From: a virus
Taxonomy: Duplodnaviria; Caudoviricetes
IMG/VR virus record: IMGVR_UViG_3300025120_010521
DNA: 64,000 nucleotides
Direction: 5' to 3' (one strand)
The notes under the pieces: model-generated
The model's input: only the letters and a program-made list of their open reading frames with translations
What the model was told of the DNA's origin: nothing
Databases searched by the model: none
Shown here: positions 28,670 through 37,876 of the stretch, in pieces
How the letters are laid out: every line of letters starts with the position of its first letter
Numbering within the stretch: position 1 is the first letter of the stretch
Program-made: the position numbers and the translations under genes

Positions 28670-29111
28670 CTAATCCTGCTACCCTTAATTTTACAATATT
28701 GTTAATTTGGAATTGTTTTGCATCAATGGCTTTTAACAAACCAAGATATTTATTACGTACAAGAGCAAATTCATTTATAAGTTGGCTCATAGCAACAACC
28801 TCATCTTCACCATCAATATACTTTTCAGCATCTCTTGATGTTAAAGCTCTTTGGTATGCTTCTAAAAACTTTTTATAGTGCCTTGATCTAGTTCTACGTA
28901 ATTCTATGTTAAGATGTTCTAGTATGGCTTCAATTTCTTGTAACTGATTAAACCTATGTTCAACTACACCAGGTATATGCGAAGCATTACGTTCAATATT
29001 ACCTACTAATCCTGCTTCTACCCTAGCTTCATCAAGCTCTTTCATATAGTGATCAATACAATCTGGTAACTTACCTAGATCTTTTGAAACTAAACCATAC
29101 CAATTAATCAT
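28635..29111 (-). CDS. uvsY: UvsY recombination mediator
   Basis: LTSRDAEKYIDGEDEV...QFQINNIVKLR; follows uvsX. Confidence 0.8.
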   Translation of the reverse strand: MINWYGLVSKDLGKLPDCIDHYMKELDEARVEAGLVGNIERNASHIPGVVEHRFNQLQEIEAILEHLNIELRRTRSRHYKKFLEAYQRALTSRDAEKYIDGEDEVVAMSQLINEFALVRNKYLGLLKAIDAKQFQINNIVKLRVAGLDDAELYTKNSR

Positions 29112-29353
29112 TAATATTCCTCGCCTTCATCTTCACTGTATGGATCATCTTCTTCCATCTCACCGTAGACTTCATTGTATGCATCATGTAAATGACTTGA
29201 ATGTGAGAATACTTCTCGCCAATCTGATTCATCGGCGCCGTAATCATCAATTAAATTTACATAAGCAATTGCGGCATCTGATCTATCTTTTGCTGGAACA
29301 TAGTTTTTTAATTTATCCCATGCTTCAATTAATATTTGAATATCTTCAGTCAT
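29111..29353 (-). CDS. Small acidic hypothetical protein
   Basis: SD GGAGG; coupled between recA and uvsY. Confidence 0.65.
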   Translation of the reverse strand: MTEDIQILIEAWDKLKNYVPAKDRSDAAIAYVNLIDDYGADESDWREVFSHSSHLHDAYNEVYGEMEEDDPYSEDEGEEY

Positions 29354-29357
29354 AATA

Positions 29358-30425
29358 TTATGCCTCCGCTTTAGCAGGTTCTTCTGCTTCTACCTCCGAC
29401 TTAACATTATCCCATTCTGCCATTATAAGATCAAGATGTTCACCTGTCCAATCTTTTCTATAATGTTTATGTTCTTTTCCAAATCGATCAACATATTTAA
29501 GTCTATTACCTTCTTTAACTAGCAATCCTTTGTTCTCACAAAGATCAACTAATCCACTATAAGGATCCATTCCTGCTTCATAAGGAATTTTAACCTGTAC
29601 AGATTCAAAAGGTTTATTAAATCTTGTTTTCATTACTTTAACTGCTGATCTAATACCTGTAACATTTGATATTTTGTTTCCGGATTCATCTTCTTTAAGT
29701 TTTAGTTTTTTCATAGCAACAACGACTGAACTTGCATATACAAATCCTTGTCCGCCACTAATTTTATCATCTGGATCAAACATGTCTTGTGATGCGTATG
29801 TATGATTTGTACAAACTAATCCTAAATTTAATTCAGCAAACATATTAACACAATTTCTTACAAGTGCTGTTAAGGCTTTTGGTTTTCTACCCATATCACC
29901 TTTCATATCACCTTTTTCAAATTGTGCAACATCTGTTGGAGTTAACAACATACCCAATGAATCAATTACAAACATAACTTTTGGTCTCTCACTTTGCTCT
30001 AAAGATCCATAGTCTGCTCTGTAATTTGATACAAACTCAGAAATAGTTTTTGCAACATCATCAATCATTGCAACGTTAATACGCATTAATTTTTCTGGGG
30101 ATGTATCTACTTCAAGTGCTTGTAACCAATTTTCATCTAATGCATTTTCTGAATCAAATACGATACAAAATATGCCTTGCTTTTGTGCATTTTTGATAAT
30201 ATTACCAGAAGCAATTAAACTCTTACCAGAACCTGATTCACCTGCTAACATTGTTACACGACCTAGTGGTATACCTCTATTAAAGTCGCCACTAATCAAA
30301 TAGTTTAAACAGTAGTTTCCCGTTGATATCCATGTGTCTGGATCAGAGTCAAAACCTGTAGAAATACCACCAATGCTTTTTGTTATTGACTTTCTAAATT
30401 TACTTACGTCAAATGGTCTTACCAT
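29358..30425 (-). CDS. uvsX: RecA/UvsX recombinase
   Basis: AGESGSGKS, FDSENA, VIDSLG, TNHTY, ISGGQG. Confidence 0.95.
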   Translation of the reverse strand: MVRPFDVSKFRKSITKSIGGISTGFDSDPDTWISTGNYCLNYLISGDFNRGIPLGRVTMLAGESGSGKSLIASGNIIKNAQKQGIFCIVFDSENALDENWLQALEVDTSPEKLMRINVAMIDDVAKTISEFVSNYRADYGSLEQSERPKVMFVIDSLGMLLTPTDVAQFEKGDMKGDMGRKPKALTALVRNCVNMFAELNLGLVCTNHTYASQDMFDPDDKISGGQGFVYASSVVVAMKKLKLKEDESGNKISNVTGIRSAVKVMKTRFNKPFESVQVKIPYEAGMDPYSGLVDLCENKGLLVKEGNRLKYVDRFGKEHKHYRKDWTGEHLDLIMAEWDNVKSEVEAEEPAKAEA

Positions 30426-30445
30426 AACTTCTCCTTACTATATTT

Positions 30446-30477
30446 GTAATAGTGCATGATTTCTCATGCACCACTAC
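30446..30477 (-). other. 14-bp GAAA-tetraloop RNA hairpin between SSB and recA
   Basis: GTAGTGGTGCATGA-GAAA-TCATGCACTATTAC (two G-U pairs); no U-tract. Confidence 0.6.
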
Positions 30478-30488
30478 TATACTATATT

Positions 30489-31502
30489 TTACTTGTTTTG
30501 TCTAGCTCTAATCATAGCCAAAATATCATCTGCTGATGCTTTTGACTTATCATCTGTTGCTGTTGCTGTAGCAGTTGCCACTTCTGGCTGTGCCACAGGT
30601 GCTTCTACTTTTGCTTGTACAACAGGTGCTTCTACTTTTGCTTCTGCCTGTGGAGCAGGAGTTGGTGTAGCTGTTACTGTTGTTGTAGCAGTTGTAGATG
30701 CATTTGATTTAGATGACGCCATTCCAGGTGGTCTATAATGTTGACCAAATCTGCTTTCATCATATAATTCACCATCAACTGATGCTTTAAACATTTCTGC
30801 AATTATTTTTACATCTTCTGCAGAAGGTTTCTTAGGAAGATAATCACCTAAGTTGTGTAATCCGTGAGTATCAACTGCTGATCTTTCACTATCACTTACT
30901 GATCTTTCTTTGAAAGACCAAGTTGAAGTTGAATAATCTGCATACCCACCTTTTTGAGTTTTGGTTAATTTAAAGTCTCTACCTTTATCAATATCAGTTG
31001 GCAGATCTTCCATATCTGGATTCATCAATGCTGATCTAATAATGTTAAAAATTGACGGATTAATTACAAAACGTCTAATTGGATTCTCTGGTGTTGAATC
31101 TTCTTCAAGTGGAGAGTTAACAACAAAACCTTGGAAAATGTAAGAACGTTTTTTCCAATATTTTCTACCCATGTCTTCTAGACTTGGATCCTTAAACCAT
31201 GGACGAATTTCACTTAATACTGGACATGGTTCTCCCCACATCTCCATACAAGGAACTTGTACTGTCGTTGGTTTAGCTTCAGATGATCCTTTAATACCAG
31301 CAAATGGTAATCTGATCATTTGTCTTTCTACCCAAAAGAATGTATTGTTTGGATCTTTATCTGATAAAAATCTTAGTGTTGCTGTTGTGCCTTCAGGAAT
31401 ATTCCAGAACGGATAAATTGCGTTGTCGCCTCCTGAACTATTTGGTGAACGTTTTACTTCTTGTTCTTGAAGCTTTGCTCTTATTTCTGCTAAAGTTGCC
31501 AT
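30489..31502 (-). CDS. gp32: Single-stranded DNA-binding protein (gp32-like)
   Basis: MATLAEIRAKL, LRFLSD, CMEMWGEPCP, YWKKRSY, KGGYADYSTS, ADDILAMIRAR. Confidence 0.9.
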   Translation of the reverse strand: MATLAEIRAKLQEQEVKRSPNSSGGDNAIYPFWNIPEGTTATLRFLSDKDPNNTFFWVERQMIRLPFAGIKGSSEAKPTTVQVPCMEMWGEPCPVLSEIRPWFKDPSLEDMGRKYWKKRSYIFQGFVVNSPLEEDSTPENPIRRFVINPSIFNIIRSALMNPDMEDLPTDIDKGRDFKLTKTQKGGYADYSTSTWSFKERSVSDSERSAVDTHGLHNLGDYLPKKPSAEDVKIIAEMFKASVDGELYDESRFGQHYRPPGMASSKSNASTTATTTVTATPTPAPQAEAKVEAPVVQAKVEAPVAQPEVATATATATDDKSKASADDILAMIRARQNK

Positions 31503-31516
31503 AATGTTTTCTCCTA

Positions 31517-31556
31517 TATTAGCCTATGTTAGCCTGTGTTAGTATATGTTAGCCTA
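31517..31556 (-). repeat. Four tandem 10-nt repeats (consensus TAGGCTAACA) abutting the SSB SD
   Basis: Plus-strand units tattagccta/tgttagcctg/tgttagtata/tgttagccta. Confidence 0.85.
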
Positions 31557-31590
31557 TAATTAAATAATGTTTTAGTTAACATTATCTACT

Positions 31591-31619
31591 AGTATATTTA
31601 TGTTTTATGTATTTGTCAA
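31591..31619 (-). promoter_or_regulatory. sigma70 promoter TTGACA-N17-TATACT overlapping a CATAAATA late box
   Basis: Read directly from sequence. Confidence 0.75.
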
Positions 31620-31644
31620 GTATTTTTTTGGAGAAATTTTAGAG

Positions 31645-31679
31645 AAAAAGAACCATAGTTCGAAAACCTTAGGTTCTTT
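31645..31679 (-). terminator. Intrinsic terminator, AAAGAACC..TTCG..GGTTCTTT plus U-run
   Basis: Interrupted stem with UUCG loop just after the 775-aa gene. Confidence 0.55.
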
Positions 31680-31693
31680 ATTGGGAGGGAACT

Positions 31694-34021
31694 TTAAAGA
31701 CCTGCTAGATCTTTAATTCTTTGGATATCTGAATCTTGTTCAGACTGTTCATTAACTTCGTAACCTGCATTTGATAATGCGTCAACAACAGCACTTTTTG
31801 GACTCATTGTGTGAATATTTACACCACCCTGCATCATTTCATTTGCATCGCATTGTGCTTTGATACCACCTTTTGCAAGATCATATTCCATATCTTTACA
31901 ATCTTTATCAGTAATACCTCTGTCCATATCGTAGTCGCCATCAACTTTAATTGTGTGCATGTGTGGTTCTGATTGTCCACCATATCCACTTGCTTCTGTT
32001 TTTGATTTTTCCATTTCGTCAGCAATTGCTCTTAACCATTCTGGCTCTGATGGATTTCTATCACCATCTGATACATCAGCATAACCAATTGAGTCTGCTT
32101 CTTTTCTCAACATAGCAACAATTTCCTCTGTTGATTTTCCAGCATACTCACTTGTTGGATCTTTAATATCATCTTGTACAGCATCTTTGTAATCTTCAAA
32201 GTCTTGTTGTCCGTCTATTGCCATACTATCAAATTCTTGTCTTGCAACTCTATCCATATCTTCTGGTGACATTGGATTTTCTTTCATACCTTTTTCTTTA
32301 GCTTCTGCATCTAATTCTGCTTTACGTCTCATAATTTCTTTTTTAAGTTCTTCGTCTTTGTGTGTGTTTGGATCCATTTGGATATCTTGTATAGCTTTTT
32401 TCTTTGCCATATAATCTTCTTTATCTTTAATATCACCTTCATCAACAAATGATTCAGTTTTTATTTTTTTATATTCTGACATACAACTAGACGCCATCAA
32501 CTTCATTTTTTCTTGATTACAGCCTTTGTATTTTTCACAAATTTCTTTTTCAGTCATACCCTTTTCGCAACATTTCATTACTTCTGCTTTTAAAGGCATT
32601 TTTTCTACTGCTTCAGCAAATGATTCATCTTCACCATATGGTGCAACCATTTCTTCTAATTCTTTTTCTGGATTAGGAACAACGTCTTCTGCTTTTGGCA
32701 ATGCTTCTGGCTCTGGTTTTACTGTTTTCATTTTTACGCCTTGAATAATTGCTTTTGCTGTTTCTTTTTCCCAATTTTGTATTTGATATGTTTCAGGATC
32801 TTGTTTGATCTTCATTTGTATATTTGGATCAGTTGCATAATGTGTAAACTTATCTGAAAGTCTTGCAAGGAATACACTCATCTCATCATCTTTAATTCTT
32901 GAAGCTAAATCTGAAAGTCTATATGCCACTTTTGCATCTTTGTTTGTAAATGCACCAACATTTTCTGGATCGTATTCTTGTTGCGTTGCATTTGCTTGAT
33001 GCACATCTACAGGATCACCTGATTTAATCTTTGTCATAATTCTTTGTGCCATAGCTTGTGATGAATTGTCTTGTTCTTGTTTTGCTTCATCTACTATTGA
33101 CTGTAATAATGGAAGTACTTCACCAATTTTTTCATCAAATTTTGTAACTGTAAATTTACCTTTTAATTCTTCTAATGCTTCAATAGTTGGTTCTGTTGTT
33201 TCTACTGCTTTGTAATTTTCAGTAAAGTCATTATAACCACTTGCAGTTGTTAATTTATGAATTGTACTTTTAATATTTGTAATTTTATCATTTACTAATG
33301 GTAAAATGTCTGCCGCTTGTTCTTGCACTTGTGAAAAACGTCTTGCAAATTTTGTAACTTCTTTTAATTTTGCTAATTGATCTGATAAGCCAACAATTAC
33401 TTCACCTAATTCGTCATGTGGTTTACCACCTTCTGCTACGTGACGTGCCATTGCTCTTGCACCATTTAAATGTACATGAGGATACTTAAATCTTTCACCT
33501 TCTGATGTTTCTACAAAAATACCTGAAATATTTCTTGATCTTGCGCCTCTGCTATTTTCATCAATAGGCTTACTGTGTCTTACGATTACTTTCACACCTT
33601 CAAGTTTTTGTTCACTTGTTTTTGTTGATCCTTGTAATGGTGTATAACCTTCTGTTTGTATATCCGTCATTGTATCTTCCTTACTTTGATCAATTTTAAA
33701 TGCATAATTTTTTGGCTTTAATTCTTTACCAAATATTCTATGATCAAAATCTAACATATAGCTTTTTGCAATATGCTTAATGTTATTTATAATTCCTTTG
33801 ACATTTTCTTGTGTTTTCTCAGAACCTTGATGTAGCTTAATTTCACTGTTTTCAGCATCTAAATGAATCATATAATTAGGCATTTTTACATAAAAATAGC
33901 GAGATTCTTCAGGATTAACTGTTTCATTACCTGTAGATGAGTCATACATCATAACTTCATGCCCAGATCCTTTGATAATCTTGAATATTTTATTCGATAC
34001 TGTGTTAAAATCTACTGCCAT
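31694..34021 (-). CDS. Large modular head-associated protein ending in IKDLAGL
   Basis: Late box 5 nt before ATG; acidic modules separated by xxE sites; C-terminal LAGL. Confidence 0.65.
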   Translation of the reverse strand: MAVDFNTVSNKIFKIIKGSGHEVMMYDSSTGNETVNPEESRYFYVKMPNYMIHLDAENSEIKLHQGSEKTQENVKGIINNIKHIAKSYMLDFDHRIFGKELKPKNYAFKIDQSKEDTMTDIQTEGYTPLQGSTKTSEQKLEGVKVIVRHSKPIDENSRGARSRNISGIFVETSEGERFKYPHVHLNGARAMARHVAEGGKPHDELGEVIVGLSDQLAKLKEVTKFARRFSQVQEQAADILPLVNDKITNIKSTIHKLTTASGYNDFTENYKAVETTEPTIEALEELKGKFTVTKFDEKIGEVLPLLQSIVDEAKQEQDNSSQAMAQRIMTKIKSGDPVDVHQANATQQEYDPENVGAFTNKDAKVAYRLSDLASRIKDDEMSVFLARLSDKFTHYATDPNIQMKIKQDPETYQIQNWEKETAKAIIQGVKMKTVKPEPEALPKAEDVVPNPEKELEEMVAPYGEDESFAEAVEKMPLKAEVMKCCEKGMTEKEICEKYKGCNQEKMKLMASSCMSEYKKIKTESFVDEGDIKDKEDYMAKKKAIQDIQMDPNTHKDEELKKEIMRRKAELDAEAKEKGMKENPMSPEDMDRVARQEFDSMAIDGQQDFEDYKDAVQDDIKDPTSEYAGKSTEEIVAMLRKEADSIGYADVSDGDRNPSEPEWLRAIADEMEKSKTEASGYGGQSEPHMHTIKVDGDYDMDRGITDKDCKDMEYDLAKGGIKAQCDANEMMQGGVNIHTMSPKSAVVDALSNAGYEVNEQSEQDSDIQRIKDLAGL

Positions 34022-34039
34022 ACTATTATTTATCCTATA

Positions 34040-34648
34040 CTACCAATATATTCTACCCATATGACTTACCCTATTAAAGCTCTCTTCCTGTTGAGGCACA
34101 GAATGATAGCTTCTATCTGTATTAATATAAGCAAAAAACACTCCCGGTAAGCATGGTAATTGTTTAATTTTTGGTCGCCAATTACTTTTATCTTCAGTTA
34201 AATCGTGCATCCATAATCCTGTATTTTTAAAATCAATAGTGTCTGGCAAATATAATTGATAAGTTATACACATAGTATAATTTTCATTGTTATCATCATT
34301 TACATTTTTTAAACAATGCATATCTGTGTGAGGTGGCAAACTTGCACCTTTTGTATGCCAAGTATTTGTTTGATTTACCAAATATTTGCTAGGTAGATCA
34401 TAACCTAGTTTATTAGATAATGTTTTACAAAAATCATCACTAACAAAATGCTCAAAATTTTTGTTATCATTGGATATTCGTACACAACCTTTCATATCTG
34501 GATGATTATCATAATGCCAACTAAACTCATTTTGAATTTTTTTACTTAATTCTATTGCTTGAGTTGTTTCTAAATAGTTTTCAGCAACAATACATTGCCA
34601 TGGCTCACTAATAACTGTGGATTTTTTTATTTTTTCTAAGTCAAACAT
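34040..34648 (-). CDS. 2OG-Fe(II) oxygenase
   Basis: LPPHTD (HxD)...SYHSV (H)...RVS (R). Confidence 0.8.
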   Translation of the reverse strand: MFDLEKIKKSTVISEPWQCIVAENYLETTQAIELSKKIQNEFSWHYDNHPDMKGCVRISNDNKNFEHFVSDDFCKTLSNKLGYDLPSKYLVNQTNTWHTKGASLPPHTDMHCLKNVNDDNNENYTMCITYQLYLPDTIDFKNTGLWMHDLTEDKSNWRPKIKQLPCLPGVFFAYINTDRSYHSVPQQEESFNRVSHMGRIYW

Positions 34649-34654
34649 TTTATT

Positions 34655-36250
34655 TTATATAATTATTGGCATTGGTTCTTGCCAATCGTCATCATCTTCA
34701 AGTTTAGCACCTAATGACTCTTCCATTGTAGCATCATACTTGGTTAAGAAATCAGTCATACGTACTACTAGTAATAATGCTGATACTAGATCATCATGTT
34801 CTCCTGATTTAGCTTCAAAAGAGTTTCCTTTTGCAACAAATACTTTAAGTTCTCTTATAAGTGGTCTAGAATATAATGTAATTTTGTCAGCTTCTATCCA
34901 CTGTTTAAGTTTTGAACAAGCAGTAACCTTCGACTTGTTGGTTGTATTGTAACCTTTACGCACTACTCTACGTTGTTGACCACCTCTACGTGGTTCATGT
35001 AAGAAATATCCAGGAAATTTATCTTCGCCCATTTCGTCAACAGTTACAATTGCGGCTTCACCAAGTGTATTATTTTCAATTGTCCAATATATTTCTGGAT
35101 TTGGTGTACCACTTGCTCGTAACTGTTGATCTATTTCTTTGAGTATGCTGTGCATGACTCTAACTTGCCCCTGGATAGGCGTTTTATTGTGTTGCCATTC
35201 AGCAACTTGCTTAAAATCTGGTAGGCTAAACACTTGTATAGCGGAATAGTCGCCGCCTGTACCCAAACACGGATCTAATGATACAAGATATGTATTGCCT
35301 TTTTGTACTTTTTGATACCAACGCACTTGACCGTGTTTTACTAAAGGTTGTGTACCTTGTAGTGTAACTAATTTTATACCATCAATTAGTGTTTCATCAA
35401 ACGCAATAAACTCACATTCATGCTCACGTCTAAATCTTTCTTCACCTATACGTTGTCTTTCTTCTTTAGCCCAATCATCATTTCTTTCAGGATGTTGACT
35501 CCAGTGTACGAACTTTGGTCTAAAACCATTTAGTCCTACATCTGCTGGATTGCCATATTCGTCTTGTAACTTGTTAGCACCTCTCCACAACTGTGCAAAT
35601 AGATCATCATCATTGTTTGGTGTTGATGTAATAATACATTTACCACCTGTTGACAATGTTGGAGATAGTGAAGTCCAAAATTCTCGTGCTTTGTTCTGTG
35701 GTTCTACGAATGCAAACTCATCCATGTATATCATTGATATGGACATACCACGTCCTGTTGTTTCTGTGGTTGTTTGTGCTATAATTCTTGACCCATTATC
35801 AAAATCCATTGATCCTTTATTATAACTTGTTACCCCACACCTAATATAATCTGGTGTTTCTTCATATGCAAACCTTACACGTTGCATAATGTCTTGTGCA
35901 CCTTGATATTTGTGTGCCGCAATTAATATTAATGTGTCCGGATGAAACATTGCATACCATAATAAGTACCCTGCGGCACAGGTTGTCTTACCTGTTTGCC
36001 TTGCACACATGGCTATTGCAAATCTATATCCATTGTATGTTTCTAATAGCTCTTCTTGGAATGGATATGGATCAAATTTCATACGTCCTTTGGTAGGATG
36101 TTGAATCCACATGTGTGATTTCATAAAATGTAGGTAACCTGTTTCTAAATCTGCACACTTTTTTAAATCTTGTAATTGTTGTTCTGTGTATTTAGATCTT
36201 GAATATGCTTTTTTGACTAGGTTGCCTTCTAAAACTTTACTACGTGCCAT
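34655..36250 (-). CDS. gp17: Terminase large subunit
   Basis: ARQTGKT, YMDEFAF, ITSTP, SLDPCLG, IENN, HDDLV. Confidence 0.96.
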   Translation of the reverse strand: MARSKVLEGNLVKKAYSRSKYTEQQLQDLKKCADLETGYLHFMKSHMWIQHPTKGRMKFDPYPFQEELLETYNGYRFAIAMCARQTGKTTCAAGYLLWYAMFHPDTLILIAAHKYQGAQDIMQRVRFAYEETPDYIRCGVTSYNKGSMDFDNGSRIIAQTTTETTGRGMSISMIYMDEFAFVEPQNKAREFWTSLSPTLSTGGKCIITSTPNNDDDLFAQLWRGANKLQDEYGNPADVGLNGFRPKFVHWSQHPERNDDWAKEERQRIGEERFRREHECEFIAFDETLIDGIKLVTLQGTQPLVKHGQVRWYQKVQKGNTYLVSLDPCLGTGGDYSAIQVFSLPDFKQVAEWQHNKTPIQGQVRVMHSILKEIDQQLRASGTPNPEIYWTIENNTLGEAAIVTVDEMGEDKFPGYFLHEPRRGGQQRRVVRKGYNTTNKSKVTACSKLKQWIEADKITLYSRPLIRELKVFVAKGNSFEAKSGEHDDLVSALLLVVRMTDFLTKYDATMEESLGAKLEDDDDWQEPMPIII

Positions 36251-36279
36251 ACTTGTATTTATACTAATTAAATGCGTAC

Positions 36280-36543
36280 TTAATGGATATTGAAGATATC
36301 GTCAACTGGATTAAATTCAACTTGTTTTAAATTTCCTGCATATGACAAATATATATCTTTTATACGTGCTTCAACATTGTCATTCCAATGATTTAAAAAT
36401 TTGTGTGCTTTTGGAAACTGTGGAGGTATATCTGAAAATTGCCACATGAATAATTGTAGGATACTTTCGTAATCCGGCATCCAATAATACACTTTTATTG
36501 TTGTTATTCTTGCATCTTTGAGTATTTGATCTCTAATACGCAT
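36280..36543 (-). CDS. usg: Usg-family protein
   Basis: TTIKVYYWMPDY..ILQLFMWQ..DIPPQFP..HKFL..W matches the alphaproteobacterial Usg pattern. Confidence 0.8.
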   Translation of the reverse strand: MRIRDQILKDARITTIKVYYWMPDYESILQLFMWQFSDIPPQFPKAHKFLNHWNDNVEARIKDIYLSYAGNLKQVEFNPVDDIFNIH

Positions 36544-36561
36544 ACAAATATTTATAAGGTA

Positions 36562-36933
36562 TTAGGATACGAGTAATATGATAATATAATAAGTTAGATA
36601 ATGTAGGCCTTGGTCGATTGACGACAAGAACCAATAACCTTTTGACGGAGATTTTATACCAAGTCTTTTTTGTGTTGAACTTTTTAAGAAATCAATATGC
36701 CAATGTGCTAGATAATCACATATACCAAAAAGAATTGCCAACGGCCATGGTATAAAAAACAACAACACAAACATTGTACCAAGCCCATGTTGTGCATAAT
36801 GCACCTGTGCTGATAAAGAAGTGTATATAGATTTTTTTTGATTATAGGTTAATAGACTTTGGATCCATAAATCAATAACACAATGTTTGATTAGTAGGAA
36901 AAAAAATAAACTACTTACAACAACCGCAGTCAC
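36562..36933 (-). CDS. DUF3307-like membrane protein
   Basis: KH..IDLWIQ, H...HG, HWHIDF.K, DQGLHY His motifs in TM helices. Confidence 0.8.
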   Translation of the reverse strand: MTAVVVSSLFFFLLIKHCVIDLWIQSLLTYNQKKSIYTSLSAQVHYAQHGLGTMFVLLFFIPWPLAILFGICDYLAHWHIDFLKSSTQKRLGIKSPSKGYWFLSSIDQGLHYLTYYIIILLVS

Positions 36934-36991
36934 AATGTTTACATTCTTCTGGACAATTGTGATTACACTTTTCGCATTTACTGTTGTTCAT
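36911..36991 (-). CDS. Metallothionein-like Cys-rich peptide MNNSKCEKCNHNCPEECKHCDCGCCK (26 aa)
   Basis: My translation; 8 Cys and 2 His; fills the otherwise empty gap 36934-36977; overlaps both neighbours. Confidence 0.55.
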   Translation of the reverse strand: MNNSKCEKCNHNCPEECKHCDCGCCK

Positions 36992-37289
36992 TTTTAAAAC
37001 TTTCATACTCTTCTGCTAAACGTGATTCTTTATCTTCCAAAGTTTCTTCAATTGGATTGTCACCTTGTCTAGCTGGAACAAATCTCAACTTACGTTGTGC
37101 TTTCTTTGATGGTGTAAGTGCATCTATGTCAATTTCTTGCTCATCTGGTTCATTAGTGCCAGCAACTTCTACTTCTTCTTGTGCAACTTCTTCATCTGCT
37201 TGATTCTGTACAACAAGAACAGTTGGTTGGATACCAGCGAGTGTAAGTAATCTTGACAACACATCATTTTCGTTAATTTTGTCTGACAT
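36978..37289 (-). CDS. Small acidic protein with N-terminal RLLTLAGI motif
   Basis: ORF track. Confidence 0.65.
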   Translation of the reverse strand: MSDKINENDVLSRLLTLAGIQPTVLVVQNQADEEVAQEEVEVAGTNEPDEQEIDIDALTPSKKAQRKLRFVPARQGDNPIEETLEDKESRLAEEYESFKNEQQ

Positions 37290-37858
37290 TACTTTTTCCC
37301 TTTCGCAATATAGCTTGTAACTTTTGATTCTGCTAATCCGGTTACTACTTCGACATTGCCACCTTCTTTTTTCTGAGCCTTAGCAAGTCCTTTTAGAAAA
37401 CCTTCTTTTGATTTTTCGTCATGTATGATATTATCTGTATCTGATGAATCTTCTTTTTTATAATCTTCACCTGTGATTGGTACATAATCATTATCAGATT
37501 TTTCAGCATTTAATCTTTCTTGTTCTTGGTGTAAAGGATCACCATCATGTTGAACAATCACTGACTCATATGGTAGTCCCATGTGATCTGATAAATGTCT
37601 TGATAATGTTTGATATGAAATTGGCATAGCTGTTGTAACTTCAATAATAGTTACTTCTGTGTTAGTAACGTTTGCTGGAAAATCCAATGGATGTTCTTGC
37701 ATAATAGTTTTTTTAGGACTACCTATTTTTACTACACTGTATGGTGCTAATGCTAATTCCATAGCATTTAAATGTGAATCTTCAAGTACACCTGCAATTT
37801 TTACTTTAAATGTGTACTCTTTTACTGCTTCAACTAGATATTCTTTAAATGTTTTCAT
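37289..37858 (-). CDS. Probable head-internal protein with T4-like capsid-targeting sequence
   Basis: MKTFKEYLVE|A N-terminus. Confidence 0.65.
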   Translation of the reverse strand: MKTFKEYLVEAVKEYTFKVKIAGVLEDSHLNAMELALAPYSVVKIGSPKKTIMQEHPLDFPANVTNTEVTIIEVTTAMPISYQTLSRHLSDHMGLPYESVIVQHDGDPLHQEQERLNAEKSDNDYVPITGEDYKKEDSSDTDNIIHDEKSKEGFLKGLAKAQKKEGGNVEVVTGLAESKVTSYIAKGKK

Positions 37859-37876
37859 CGTAAGTTTCCTATATTT

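Noticed and set aside
8043-31676. AACCT(A/T)AGGTT near-palindrome seen at ~8043 and ~31666
   Set aside because: Only two 11-nt copies, both next to gene ends or within terminator stems; may be chance
31694-31726. LAGL read as a LAGLIDADG homing endonuclease motif
   Set aside because: It is a terminal four-residue match with no endonuclease domain
4447-36250. Introns or inteins in nrdA, nrdB, gp41, recA and terminase
   Set aside because: All are of normal length with contiguous motifs and no Hint or LAGLIDADG insertions
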